Program-made: the position numbers and the translations under genes | Assembly (NCBI GenBank): GCA_947626205.1 | Contig: CANQRO010000001.1 | Span: forward strand, 1 to 62,406 | Direction of reading: 5' to 3' | From: an uncultured Clostridia bacterium | GTDB taxonomy: Bacteria; Bacillota; Clostridia; TANB77; CAG-508 | Length of the DNA: 62,406 nt | Notes under the pieces: model-generated | The model's input: the letters and a program-made list of their open reading frames with translations, nothing else | What the model was told of the DNA's origin: nothing | Database searches by the model: none | Part shown: in pieces, positions 1 to 9,466 of the stretch | Layout of the letters: the number at the start of each line of letters is the position of its first letter | How positions within the stretch are numbered: the stretch's first letter is position 1

Positions 1-50
1 ACATATACAGGATGTTTTGCATCCTTACAGCCCAAGGTAACTTAACCTTA

Positions 51-136
51 TTGTATAGCAAAAATCTTCGATTTTTGCTATACAATAAAAAAAGCGGAGC
101 AGTATGCATATTGCACACTTGCTCCCGCTTTTTTCC
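51..136. terminator. Two tandem hairpins forming a bidirectional intrinsic terminator
   Basis: Hairpin 1 has a perfect 15-bp stem (51-65 with 71-85, loop cttcg). Hairpin 2 pairs 91-101 with 119-130 (aaagcggagca / tgctcccgcttt), with an A-run before and a T-run after. Confidence 0.6.
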
Positions 137-144
137 TTAGGATA

Positions 145-399
145 TTAGGCTATCTCGCAGAAAATTACCTGTTCAGGGTTTCCGGAGCAGGTGTACCTTT
201 TTCCGTCAACCTTTGCCTCTATCAAGAGGCCCCAGCCATTCCAGCAGTTTTTAATTACTGTCTGGTTTTGAACTCCATCGAGTTCTTTGGCAAACCGCTC
301 CTCGAGCGATTCGTTGATAAAATACCATTGATGGTCATTTTTGACCATTGCAGATATTATGTCTTTTGCAGACGTATCCTTAGGAAATACTTTTTTCAT
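145..399 (-). CDS. Hypothetical small protein (84 aa) in a G+C-richer patch (island A)
   Basis: Intact ORF preceded by AGGAGGAAAGCAAC-ATG. Composition is visibly G+C-richer than neighbouring genes. I recognise no family. Confidence 0.55.
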   Translation of the reverse strand: MKKVFPKDTSAKDIISAMVKNDHQWYFINESLEERFAKELDGVQNQTVIKNCWNGWGLLIEAKVDGKRYTCSGNPEQVIFCEIA

Positions 400-465
400 G
401 TTGCTTTCCTCCTTATGTTAAGTATTTATTATATATTCAACATGGGACTCTCCCCATCTAATATT

Positions 466-494
466 ATTATATCACATTTACATAACATTTTCAA
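466..494 (-). promoter_or_regulatory. Sigma-70-type promoter for the island A ORF
   Basis: On the minus strand: TTGAAA (494-489), a 17-nt spacer, then TATAAT (471-466). Confidence 0.5.
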
Positions 495-505
495 GTTTTT
501 GGAAT

Positions 506-2095
506 TTAATCACTTATTTTAACAACTACCGTATTATTTATTATCTTTATACTATCTTTATCTGGATAATATTTCATATTCTTATACTCATCTGTTTCAA
601 ATATATCAAAACTATCCCATTCACTTACTAACTTCATATTTACACCACAATATTCATATAACATTTTTCTCCAACTATCCAAGTTTCCCCACCATACTGT
701 TGGTTCATCAGATATAAATCCCCATGTTTTATCATATAGTTTTTTTGCCTCTATTTCTGTATTATTTCTACTTACATATGAATTATTTTTAAATCCACCT
801 AAAAATAAAACAGGCATATCTTCTCTATATTCATCTAATTCTTCTATTCTTGTTACTATTCTTTGTAAGGTTTCCTCTGTTTGATTCTGCATTGCTTTCA
901 TTGCTAAATAAGATGCATTATCTTGCCATGTATAATTCCAAATAATTATTACTGTACTTAACATTACAATACATTGTAAGATTTTAGATATTTTATCTTT
1001 TGGTAGCATTTCTAATATTTTAAAAAATATAGGAAAAACAAATATCATTGAACAAGCCATTAGAATATGAATATCTACATCTGGTACCATTATTTCTATT
1101 ATTCCAAAGCATATAGGTGCTAAAGCTATAAATATTACTGCTAATGCAAAATTAATTGGCATTTTATATAATTTATTTTTTATTAATAAATATACTAATG
1201 AAACTAAAATGCTTATAAATATAACTATATACAATATATTAGTATTCCATATAGTATTTGGAATCATGTTGTCTGTAAAATAATAGTTAAAAAAGCTTGT
1301 ATATGCCTCTGGTAATAAATTTGGTAAGTTATATAAGGTTTCTAATCCTATTACATTTACCCCACTATAATTGCTTATTGGTAGTTTTTTTATTATAAGA
1401 GTTAAATGTGCCAATAAATAATATAGTACTATTCCTATAACTCCCATTAATAGATATTTAAAAATATTTATACCTATTTCTTTTATATTCTTTTTACTTA
1501 ATATATCTATTATCAATGTAGCAATACATAATACCATTGCTACTGATAAATAAGTTTGATACATACTCATTGCCAATGCTACTAATAGACCACTTACAAA
1601 AATTATATATTTTTTATTCTCATATTTTTTCACTAAATAAACAGATAACACAGCTAAAAGCATACCCAATATATATGCATCTGAACAATAAAATAATGTT
1701 AAAGTTGCAGATATATTAGGTGCTACCGCAAACATGATTGCCAAAAGATATTTAAAATATTTATTTTTAATTTCTAAAATATCTATTGTTAAAACTACTA
1801 TTACTCCTAAAAAAATGCTACTAAATAATGTTGCAAAAATTGGAGAAACAATATTTCCCTTTATACTTTGAATAAAATCTAAACCGAATCTAAGTAACAT
1901 TGCTTCCCAAATATCTGCCTTATGATACATGCTATTTATTAAAGTATCTGGTCCTGTTACTTGTAACGCATATAACTGAAAATGCACTATTATAGAGGTA
2001 ATTATTGTAGTTAAAAATATCTTTGCACTTTCCATTTTATATAAATTTTTAACATTGTTTAAATATTTATTTACTAAATTATTTGATTTGTTCAT
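506..2095 (-). CDS. Polytopic membrane protein, likely GtrII-type glucosyltransferase-domain protein
   Basis: 529 aa with many hydrophobic helices in the N-terminal 400 aa and a soluble C-terminal domain. The overall pattern resembles the Glucos_trans_II family. Confidence 0.5.
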   Translation of the reverse strand: MNKSNNLVNKYLNNVKNLYKMESAKIFLTTIITSIIVHFQLYALQVTGPDTLINSMYHKADIWEAMLLRFGLDFIQSIKGNIVSPIFATLFSSIFLGVIVVLTIDILEIKNKYFKYLLAIMFAVAPNISATLTLFYCSDAYILGMLLAVLSVYLVKKYENKKYIIFVSGLLVALAMSMYQTYLSVAMVLCIATLIIDILSKKNIKEIGINIFKYLLMGVIGIVLYYLLAHLTLIIKKLPISNYSGVNVIGLETLYNLPNLLPEAYTSFFNYYFTDNMIPNTIWNTNILYIVIFISILVSLVYLLIKNKLYKMPINFALAVIFIALAPICFGIIEIMVPDVDIHILMACSMIFVFPIFFKILEMLPKDKISKILQCIVMLSTVIIIWNYTWQDNASYLAMKAMQNQTEETLQRIVTRIEELDEYREDMPVLFLGGFKNNSYVSRNNTEIEAKKLYDKTWGFISDEPTVWWGNLDSWRKMLYEYCGVNMKLVSEWDSFDIFETDEYKNMKYYPDKDSIKIINNTVVVKISD

Positions 2096-2221
2096 TTAAA
2101 TTACCTCCCTTCAATACTCTTGCTTTAATAGACTGTACTCTATTATTCTATACCTAAATTATATATAAAATCAATATGTAAAAGTTTATTTTTTTTATAA
2201 AGATATTGTCTAAGAGAAAAA

Positions 2222-2467
2222 ATGAAGTTTAATAAGTATAACGATTCATATAATATTGTTAGTAAAAATTTGAAAAACATAAGAGAAAATTTAAATATTT
2301 CACAAGAAAAATTAAGCAACCAACTTAGTTTACTTGGAATAACTTTATATCAAAGTGATATTTTTAAAATTGAACATAATGAAAGAACTGTACGAGATTT
2401 TGAATTATGGGGTATTTGTAAAGTTCTTAAAATTAAAGCTGAAGATTTATTCGAATCAGGTGAATAG
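2222..2467 (+). CDS. XRE-family helix-turn-helix transcriptional regulator
   Basis: 81 aa. The segment LKNIRENLNISQEKLSNQLSL..QSDIFKIEHNER is a typical HTH_3 pattern. Confidence 0.75.
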   Translation: MKFNKYNDSYNIVSKNLKNIRENLNISQEKLSNQLSLLGITLYQSDIFKIEHNERTVRDFELWGICKVLKIKAEDLFESGE

Positions 2468-2608
2468 TATTTTAAAGAATTTCTAAAAGTTAGTATCAAA
2501 ATAATTTAATACAATATTTCAATTATCATAAGTTTATTCTTTGTCTTAAAAATATATAAGAAAATTTATAGAAATTATTAGCTTAAAATTAATGCTCCCA
2601 TACAATTA

Positions 2609-2675
2609 AAAAAGCAATACTTTTTTAGTGTCTACTTTCTGTTGACAACTTCACTTTTTTTAGGTATTGCTTTTT
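2609..2675. terminator. Terminator-like inverted repeat with a long loop
   Basis: aaaaagcaatac (2609-2620) pairs with gtattgcttttt (2664-2675). The stem is almost identical to the hairpin at 4246-4279, but the loop here is 43 nt. Confidence 0.35.
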
Positions 2676-2682
2676 TATATAT

Positions 2683-4035
2683 TTACTTTTCTATTTCTTT
2701 ATTGGTGCTAGCAGTTCCATAATCCAACATACTTATACTTGGAGAAACTTTAACAACTTGACTATCTCTAAATTTTTCTAATAAAAGATCTTTCGATAGA
2801 TCTGTAAAAATTGAACTTGCTACTTCTATGAATTCTTTTTTAGTAGTTTCATCTGGGTTATGGCTTCCACCTTCTGATGGAATAAATATCATTGTTTTTT
2901 CTTTTGCTGGAATATATCCTGTATCTTGACCTGCCCATGATGGCATTTTCATAAAATTTATTTTATCTTTCTCGCATATTTCTGCAATTTTTTCATTTAA
3001 CATAGCTGATGTATTTACTGGTGACCCTTTAGAAATTACTGTTGTAGTAATGTTAGTTTTTGTCTTTTTTGATACTTTTTTAATTATTTCTTCAAATGCT
3101 GCTAAAACATTTTCTGGAGTATTTTGCAATAAAAGTCTAAAATCTATCAACCCTTCAGCATGGTTTGGTATTTGATTAAAACTTCCGTTATGTCCAATCG
3201 TATTAATTTCTACTTGACTTGCTCTTCCTAGCATAACCTCTTCATACTTTTTCCCAAGTTTTCTTATCTTCTTTCCAATTAATGCAGTAGCATCAACAGC
3301 ATTTTGTCTTTCTTTCATTGGTGTAGATCCTGTATGTCCAGATTTTCCTAAAACATCATACTTAATTCTAACTGCAGACCCAATTGTATTTACTATTCCG
3401 ATAACATCTTGCTTGTTTTTCATGTAATTCTCTTGTAAAATATCATATTGTTCAATATGCGATTCTAAAGAATAGTCAACTGTATCAAAAATTTTGTCTA
3501 CGAATTCTATATCATGTATATTACTTTTTAAATATGTAGTAGCAAATTTAATTGCTTCTTCTAATGTTATTCTATTTCCTTGTTTTTCTTCTTTTTTGTC
3601 TACAATATTATGATAATCATCTTCTTTTATATTCCCACTTAAATATTTACTTCCTATACAAGCATTACCAAATCTGCTTGATTCTTCGCATGCATATATT
3701 ACTACTTTTACTATTCCATTAACTTTACTTTTACTATTTAATAATGCTTCCACGGTTTTTAAACCTGTAATAACACCAACAGGTCCATCATATTGTCCAC
3801 CGTTGTAAACCGAATCCGTATGTGAACCTATTGCAAGAACTTTTTTAGGATTATTTCCAAATGAAATAGTTCCACAAATGTTTCCTATTTTATCTACACT
3901 TATTTTCATACCTAATTCTTGCATTTTTTCAATAATTTTTACTTTATATTTCATGTCTTCTTCTGTATATGCTAATCTATTTATTGGCTCTTTAGAATCA
4001 AAATTAAAAAAATCTTCTAGTTCAATTTTTCCCAC
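2683..4035 (-). CDS. M20-family Zn-dependent amidohydrolase (allantoate amidohydrolase / N-carbamoyl-L-amino-acid hydrolase type)
   Basis: 450 aa. GSHTDSVYNGGQYDGPVGV and HTGSTPM motifs are typical of this subfamily. Confidence 0.75.
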   Translation of the reverse strand: MGKIELEDFFNFDSKEPINRLAYTEEDMKYKVKIIEKMQELGMKISVDKIGNICGTISFGNNPKKVLAIGSHTDSVYNGGQYDGPVGVITGLKTVEALLNSKSKVNGIVKVVIYACEESSRFGNACIGSKYLSGNIKEDDYHNIVDKKEEKQGNRITLEEAIKFATTYLKSNIHDIEFVDKIFDTVDYSLESHIEQYDILQENYMKNKQDVIGIVNTIGSAVRIKYDVLGKSGHTGSTPMKERQNAVDATALIGKKIRKLGKKYEEVMLGRASQVEINTIGHNGSFNQIPNHAEGLIDFRLLLQNTPENVLAAFEEIIKKVSKKTKTNITTTVISKGSPVNTSAMLNEKIAEICEKDKINFMKMPSWAGQDTGYIPAKEKTMIFIPSEGGSHNPDETTKKEFIEVASSIFTDLSKDLLLEKFRDSQVVKVSPSISMLDYGTASTNKEIEK

Positions 4036-4245
4036 TATAATTCTCTCCTTTTTAATAAATATTATAAAATGAAAATTATGTTTACATTATACATTATGTA
4101 TACGTATACGTCAATAGTTTTTACATTATGTTGACTGGTTAATTGCTTTATTATATCATATTTTTAATGTGTTAACCGATGTGGCATTGCAAAGATTGGG
4201 CCTATTATCAAAAATTTTCGTTAAAAACTAACGTAAATACAGTTT

Positions 4246-4279
4246 AAAAAAGCGATACTTTTTTAGGTATCGCTTTTTT
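4246..4279 (-). terminator. Intrinsic terminator of the MATE gene
   Basis: Stem aaaaaagcgatac / gtatcgctttttt with an 8-nt loop, abutting the stop codon. Confidence 0.7.
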
Positions 4280-5690
4280 AAACTATTTCCACTAATTTAT
4301 CTATATTTTCTTCTTGCATTTCTTCTTTTTCTTTTTTGGGTTTTGAAGATAATTTTTTAGTTTCTAAAATTAATAAGGTAGAAGAGATTATAAATGCTAA
4401 TGCATCAGCTACTGGTCCTGCATATAAGACTCCCATTACTCCAAATTTGCTTGATAATATTATTGCACTAGGTATAAAAAATAATACTTGTCTTGATAAT
4501 GTAATAAATGCAGATTTTGTTGGCTTTCCAATTGCTTGGAAGAAGATACCAGATGATATTTGTATTCCGTTACAAATTGCTAGCATTAAAAATATTCTAA
4601 ACGCTAAACAAGCAAATTCATTATATGTTGCATCTCCTGAACCAAAAATTCCAATTAGTGCTTCTGGTATAGTTTGGAATAATATAAGTGATACAGTTGA
4701 AACTGCTGTACTTATTATAAGCACATATTTTAAAGCTTTCTTTACTCTATCGAATTTTTTTGCTCCATAGTTATATCCAATAATTGGCTGACTTCCTGAA
4801 GATATTCCTATTATTATACTAACTAAAATCATATTAATTTTCATTACAATACCATGTACTGTAATTGGTATGTCTGCCCCAAATTTACTTGCCCCTCCAT
4901 ATATATTATATAGAGTGTTTTCTGTTGTAATAACGAATACAATAGCCATTTGTGTAATAAATGATGAAATTCCAAGCATACTTACATTTGTCATATATTT
5001 TAAAGATGGCTTAATGTTTTCCCTTGTTACAGATATTGACTTAAATTTTCTAATATATAATATATTAATTACAAATGTAACAATTTGGCTAATTACAGTT
5101 GCAATAGCTGCTCCTCTTACTCCCATATGAAATACAAATATAGCAATTGGATCTAATATTATATTTAAAACAGCACCTATTACCATAGAAAACATCGCAT
5201 ATCTTGGCGAACCATCTGCACGAATAATAGAATTTAAAGTTACACCTATCATTAAAAATGGTATTCCTAATGCTATTACATAACCATAGTCAAAGCAATA
5301 ATCTCGTAAAGTATCTGTTCCTCCAAATATATTTACTAATTGTGGTAAAAATATTAAAACAATTGCACATAATATAACTGATATAATTATAGATATTAAA
5401 ATTCCATTTACTACTCCTTTTTCAGCTTCTTCTTTTTTGTTTTCACCTAATTTTAGACTTAAATATGCTGATGTTCCATCACCAAACATTAATGCAAATG
5501 ACATACATATAACTACTATTGGGAAAATAACATTTGTTGCTCCATTAGCTAAATAATTTACTCCCCATCCTATAAATATTTGATCTACCATATTGTACAA
5601 TGCGTTTACTACTAAAGAAATAACGCATGGTAATGAAAATGTTAATAATAATTTTCCTATTTTTTCTTTTCCTAAGTCTAATGTTTTCAT
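4278..5690 (-). CDS. MATE-family efflux transporter
   Basis: 470 aa, 12-TM pattern. The N-terminal LLLTFSLPCVISLVVNALYNMVDQIFIG is typical of MatE proteins. Confidence 0.85.
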   Translation of the reverse strand: MKTLDLGKEKIGKLLLTFSLPCVISLVVNALYNMVDQIFIGWGVNYLANGATNVIFPIVVICMSFALMFGDGTSAYLSLKLGENKKEEAEKGVVNGILISIIISVILCAIVLIFLPQLVNIFGGTDTLRDYCFDYGYVIALGIPFLMIGVTLNSIIRADGSPRYAMFSMVIGAVLNIILDPIAIFVFHMGVRGAAIATVISQIVTFVINILYIRKFKSISVTRENIKPSLKYMTNVSMLGISSFITQMAIVFVITTENTLYNIYGGASKFGADIPITVHGIVMKINMILVSIIIGISSGSQPIIGYNYGAKKFDRVKKALKYVLIISTAVSTVSLILFQTIPEALIGIFGSGDATYNEFACLAFRIFLMLAICNGIQISSGIFFQAIGKPTKSAFITLSRQVLFFIPSAIILSSKFGVMGVLYAGPVADALAFIISSTLLILETKKLSSKPKKEKEEMQEENIDKLVEIV

Positions 5691-5713
5691 TTAATTTAAA
5701 TACCTCTTTCCTC

Positions 5714-7021
5714 TTATATAAACTTTCCTATTAAATCATATTCTTTTACGTTTGTAATTTTACACATTGCAAATTCTCCTACATTTTTTAAATTTGCTTT
5801 ATCCTTTAAAACAAATATAACTCCATCCATATCTGGTACATCCATGTAACTCCTTGCGATATAGTATTTACCATCTAGCGATGTTGCTTCTACTAGAACC
5901 TCATATGTTTTTCCTATTTTGTCTTTCAAATTATTTTTGGATATCTCTTGTTGCAATTCCATTATTTCTCTAAACCTTCTTTTTTTAGTTTGTGGATGAA
6001 CTTGGTTTTTAATTTTTGATGCTGGTGTTCCATCCTCCTTTGAATACTTAAATGCTCCTAGTTTATCAAATTTTGCTTCTTTAACAAATTCTTTTAATTC
6101 TTCAAAATCTTCATTGGTTTCACCAGGAAATCCAACCATAACTGTACTTCTTATAATAACATCTGGTATACTATCTCTAATAGTTTTTATAACATTTTTA
6201 ATACTTTTGCCATCACTTTTACGATTCATTCTTTTTAGGACAGAATTGGAAATGTGCTGAATTGGAATATCGAAATATTTACAAATTTTAGGATTTTCTT
6301 TTACAAGTTTTATTAAATCATCTGTTATAGTTTCTGGATAAGCATATAAAAATCTAATCCAACGGACACCTTGAATTTTAGAAATTTCTTCTAAAAGATT
6401 GGCAAGCATTGGTTTTCCATAAAGGTCTATTCCATATTTTGTAGTATCTTGTGCAATAACTATTAGCTCTTCAAATCCATTTTTTGCAAGTTCCTTTGCT
6501 TCTTTTATAATATCTTCTTTAGGTCTACTAATATATGCCCCTCTAATCATAGGAATTGCACAATATGTACAATTATTACTACATCCTTCAGCTATTTTTA
6601 AATAAGCTGTTTTACTTCCTGTTGTTATATTTCTATTTTGGTAATCTAGAAAATCTTTTTTACTATCATTATTGGATAGTAATTTTTTAATATCTTCCCA
6701 AAATTCATCATAGTCATCACAGCCTATCCATAAATCCACTTCTGGAATTTCTTTTTTTAATTCTTCTTTATATCTTTTAACAAGACATCCAGTTGCAATA
6801 ATATACTTACAATTCTGCTTTTTGTATTCTGACATTTCTAAAATAGTATTAATAGCTTCCTCTTTTGCAGAGTTTATAAATCCGCAAGTATTTATTAAAA
6901 TAATTTCTGCTACTTTAGGGTTATTTACTATTTCAAAACCATGTTTTTTAAATAAACCTATCATCATTTCAGTGTCTACTAAATTTTTACTACATCCAAG
7001 TGATATAAATCCTATTTTCAT
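5714..7021 (-). CDS. rimO: Ribosomal protein S12 methylthiotransferase RimO
   Basis: 435 aa. Contains MKIGFISLGCSKNLVDTE, a radical-SAM CxxxCxxC (CSNNCTYC) and a C-terminal TRAM domain. Confidence 0.85.
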   Translation of the reverse strand: MKIGFISLGCSKNLVDTEMMIGLFKKHGFEIVNNPKVAEIILINTCGFINSAKEEAINTILEMSEYKKQNCKYIIATGCLVKRYKEELKKEIPEVDLWIGCDDYDEFWEDIKKLLSNNDSKKDFLDYQNRNITTGSKTAYLKIAEGCSNNCTYCAIPMIRGAYISRPKEDIIKEAKELAKNGFEELIVIAQDTTKYGIDLYGKPMLANLLEEISKIQGVRWIRFLYAYPETITDDLIKLVKENPKICKYFDIPIQHISNSVLKRMNRKSDGKSIKNVIKTIRDSIPDVIIRSTVMVGFPGETNEDFEELKEFVKEAKFDKLGAFKYSKEDGTPASKIKNQVHPQTKKRRFREIMELQQEISKNNLKDKIGKTYEVLVEATSLDGKYYIARSYMDVPDMDGVIFVLKDKANLKNVGEFAMCKITNVKEYDLIGKFI

Positions 7022-7140
7022 ATATTTCTCCTTTTCAAACGTAAATTTGATTATACCACATTTTTAAAACTTTTGCTATACTATTTTTAATTTTTAGTAT
7101 ATAATTACTGTATTATATTTTTTATATTAGGAGGTTTAAT

Positions 7141-7858
7141 ATGACACCACATATAGAAGCTAAAAAAAATGAAATTAAAAAAACAGTTTTAATGCCTGGT
7201 GATCCACTTCGTGCAAAATATATTGCTGAAAACTACTTAAAAAATCCTATTTTAGTAAATTCTGTACGTAACATATTTGCCTATACAGGTACTTATAAAG
7301 ATAAGGAAATTACAGTAATGGCATCACGGAATGGGAATTCCTAGTATGGGAATTTACTCTTATGAATTATTTACAGAATATGAAGTTGACAATATTATTA
7401 GGCTAGGTTCCTGTGGAGGCTATACTAAAGATTTAAACTTATTTGATTTAGTTTTAGTAGATAATACTTATACAGAAAGCAATTATGCATTTAGTATGAA
7501 TAATGAGGATTGCCACTATGTTTCTTCTTCTAAATTATTAAATGAAAAAATTGAAAAAGCAGCTAGCAAATTGTCTATTCCATTAGTACAAGCTAATACT
7601 ATGTGTGGAGAAGCTTTCGATAGATACATGACCGATATGAAAAAAACGCTTTCAAGAATTCCAAAAGAATATAATATCGTAGGAGCTGAGATGGAGGCCT
7701 TTTCTCTTTTTTATAACGCAAAACTATTAAATAAAAACGCAAGTTGTTTGCTAACAGTTGTAGATTCATATTATTATGATAGCATGGTAACTGCAGAAGA
7801 GAGGCAAAATTCTTTAGACAAAATGATAAAACTTGGACTAGAAAGTGCTATTTTATAA
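7141..7858 (+). CDS. deoD: Purine nucleoside phosphorylase DeoD-type, with the frame interrupted at an in-frame CGG (7327-7329)
   Basis: The N-terminal part ([30 protein letters not shown]) continues as [21 protein letters not shown] only if one base at 7326-7327 is skipped. The 0-frame stops at 7342-7344. Confidence 0.85.
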
Positions 7859-7895
7859 TAACAAGCATTTTTATAAAAACATTTAAAATTTTTAG

Positions 7896-8120
7896 TATGC
7901 TTCACTTTGAATATATTTTTTAATTTGAATATACTTATTTTAAATATGATTTACTTTGAATCTACTCTATTTTGAATATGCTTTATTTTAAATATAATTT
8001 ACTTTGAATATGCTTTATTTTAAATATGCTTTATTTTAAATATGCTTTATTTTGAATATGTTTTATTTTGAATATGTTTTTTAAATCTGCTCTATTTTAA
8101 ATATATTTTTTGATTTTGAT
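7896..8120. repeat. Tandem array of about 14 copies of a 16-bp unit, consensus TATGCTTTATTTTRAA
   Basis: Head-to-tail units can be read directly. Copies at 7977, 8009 and 8025 are identical, and those at 8041 and 8057 differ from them at one or two positions. The array lies between the convergent 3' ends of deoD and ftsZ. Confidence 0.9.
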
Positions 8121-8144
8121 ATAATTTAAAATTTTATACACTTT

Positions 8145-8187
8145 AAAAAGAGATAATCTTATTTTCTTAATAAGATTATCTCTTTTT
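8145..8187. terminator. Bidirectional intrinsic terminator
   Basis: A 17-bp stem, aaaaagagataatctta / taagattatctcttttt. Confidence 0.75.
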
Positions 8188-8199
8188 AGATTCAAGTGT

Positions 8200-8239
8200 C
8201 TTTATTGTATAAAAATTTTTAAGTTTCTATACAATAAAG
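8200..8239. terminator. Second hairpin downstream of ftsZ
   Basis: ctttattgtata (8200-8211) pairs with tatacaataaag (8228-8239). Confidence 0.45.
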
Positions 8240-8299
8240 TTTCAGCTTTCTTCGACCTATAAACATATAAAATGTATTTACATGCATAAGGTCATTTTC

Positions 8300-9421
8300 T
8301 TATTTTGCTAATCCTTTGTTTTTTCTTAAAAAGGAAGGAATATCTAAATCATTCGAATTTGATGATGTACTTTCTGTTGATGTTGGGATTGAATTAATTT
8401 TCTTGTCCCAAGCTTTTGTTACCTTATCTACTACACCTATTGTAGAGATTGGTACTTCTTCTTCAAAGCCTGTTGCAATAACTGTAATTGTAATTTCATC
8501 TCCCATATTTTCATCTATTACTGCACCAAAGATTATGTTAGCTTCTGGGTCTACACTGCGTTGTACAAGTTCAGCAGCAGTATTTACTTCATGTAGTCCT
8601 AAATCTGGTCCACCAGTAATATTTATAATAACTCCTCTTGCTCCTTCTATTGAAGTTTCAAGTAGAGGACTTTGAATTGCTTGTTTTGCAGCATCTTCTG
8701 CTCTATTTTCTCCAGATGCAACACCAATACCCATATGAGCCATACCTGTATTTAACATAATTGTTTTAACATCTGCAAAATCTAAATTTACAAGACCTGG
8801 TACTGCTATTAAATCTGAAATGCCTTGTACACCTTGTCTTAAAACATCATCTGCCATTTTAAATGCATCTACAATTGATGTTTTTCTATCTATTATTTGT
8901 AATAATTTATCATTTGGTATTACTACTAAAGTATCTACTTTTCCTTTTAAACTTTCTATTCCACGTTCTGCTTGAGAAAGTCTTTTCTTTCCTTCAAATG
9001 TAAATGGTTTTGTTACAACACCAATTGTTAAAATTCCCATTTCTTTGGCAGCAGCTGCAACTATTGGGGCTGCACCTGTTCCTGTTCCTCCGCCCATACC
9101 AGCAGTAACAAATACCATATCTGCACCGCGTAATACTTCGGAAATTTCAGCTTTACTTTCTTCTGCTGATTGTGCACCTATATCTGGGTTAGCACCAGCA
9201 CCTAATCCTCTTGTAATTTTTTCACCAATTTGAATTTTAGTTGATGCTTTTGATTGTTGAAGTGCTTGTCTATCTGTATTTACAGATATAAAATCTACTC
9301 CCCTAATTCCAGATTCTATCATTCGATTAACAGCATTGTTACCTGCGCCACCTACACCAATAACTTTAATTGTTGCTGTTCCATCCATCATTTTCTCATT
9401 TTCTTCATAGTCTACCATCAT
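8300..9421 (-). CDS. ftsZ: Cell division protein FtsZ
   Basis: Contains [17 protein letters not shown] and [10 protein letters not shown] tubulin-signature motifs. The start is placed at the ATG 5 nt after GGAGGA (9421) rather than the upstream TTG of the ORF track. Confidence 0.95.
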   Translation of the reverse strand: MMVDYEENEKMMDGTATIKVIGVGGAGNNAVNRMIESGIRGVDFISVNTDRQALQQSKASTKIQIGEKITRGLGAGANPDIGAQSAEESKAEISEVLRGADMVFVTAGMGGGTGTGAAPIVAAAAKEMGILTIGVVTKPFTFEGKKRLSQAERGIESLKGKVDTLVVIPNDKLLQIIDRKTSIVDAFKMADDVLRQGVQGISDLIAVPGLVNLDFADVKTIMLNTGMAHMGIGVASGENRAEDAAKQAIQSPLLETSIEGARGVIINITGGPDLGLHEVNTAAELVQRSVDPEANIIFGAVIDENMGDEITITVIATGFEEEVPISTIGVVDKVTKAWDKKINSIPTSTESTSSNSNDLDIPSFLRKNKGLAK

Positions 9422-9466
9422 ATAAATCCTCCCCAATACATATAAATTTAAAATTTAAACATTTTA

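Noticed and set aside
2609-4279. Two near-identical hairpins as a dispersed REP-like repeat family: AAAAAGC(A/G)ATAC...GTAT(T/C)GCTTTTT at 2609-2675 and 4246-4279.
   Set aside because: There are only two copies in the window, and both sit at gene 3' ends where terminators are expected. That is not enough to call a repeat family.
4336-4770. Long antisense ORFs opposite well-supported genes. Examples: 4336..4770, 8316..8675, 13645..13959, 43542..43883, 54550..55056, 55174..55455 and 59578..59892.
   Set aside because: Each lies entirely inside, and antisense to, a gene with clear family motifs. Their translations are low-complexity Phe/Ser/Ile/Leu strings, typical of shadow frames in AT-rich DNA.
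7896-8120. The 16-bp tandem array as a possible CRISPR array.
   Set aside because: The units are directly adjacent with no unique spacers. The unit is too short, and there are no cas genes in the window.
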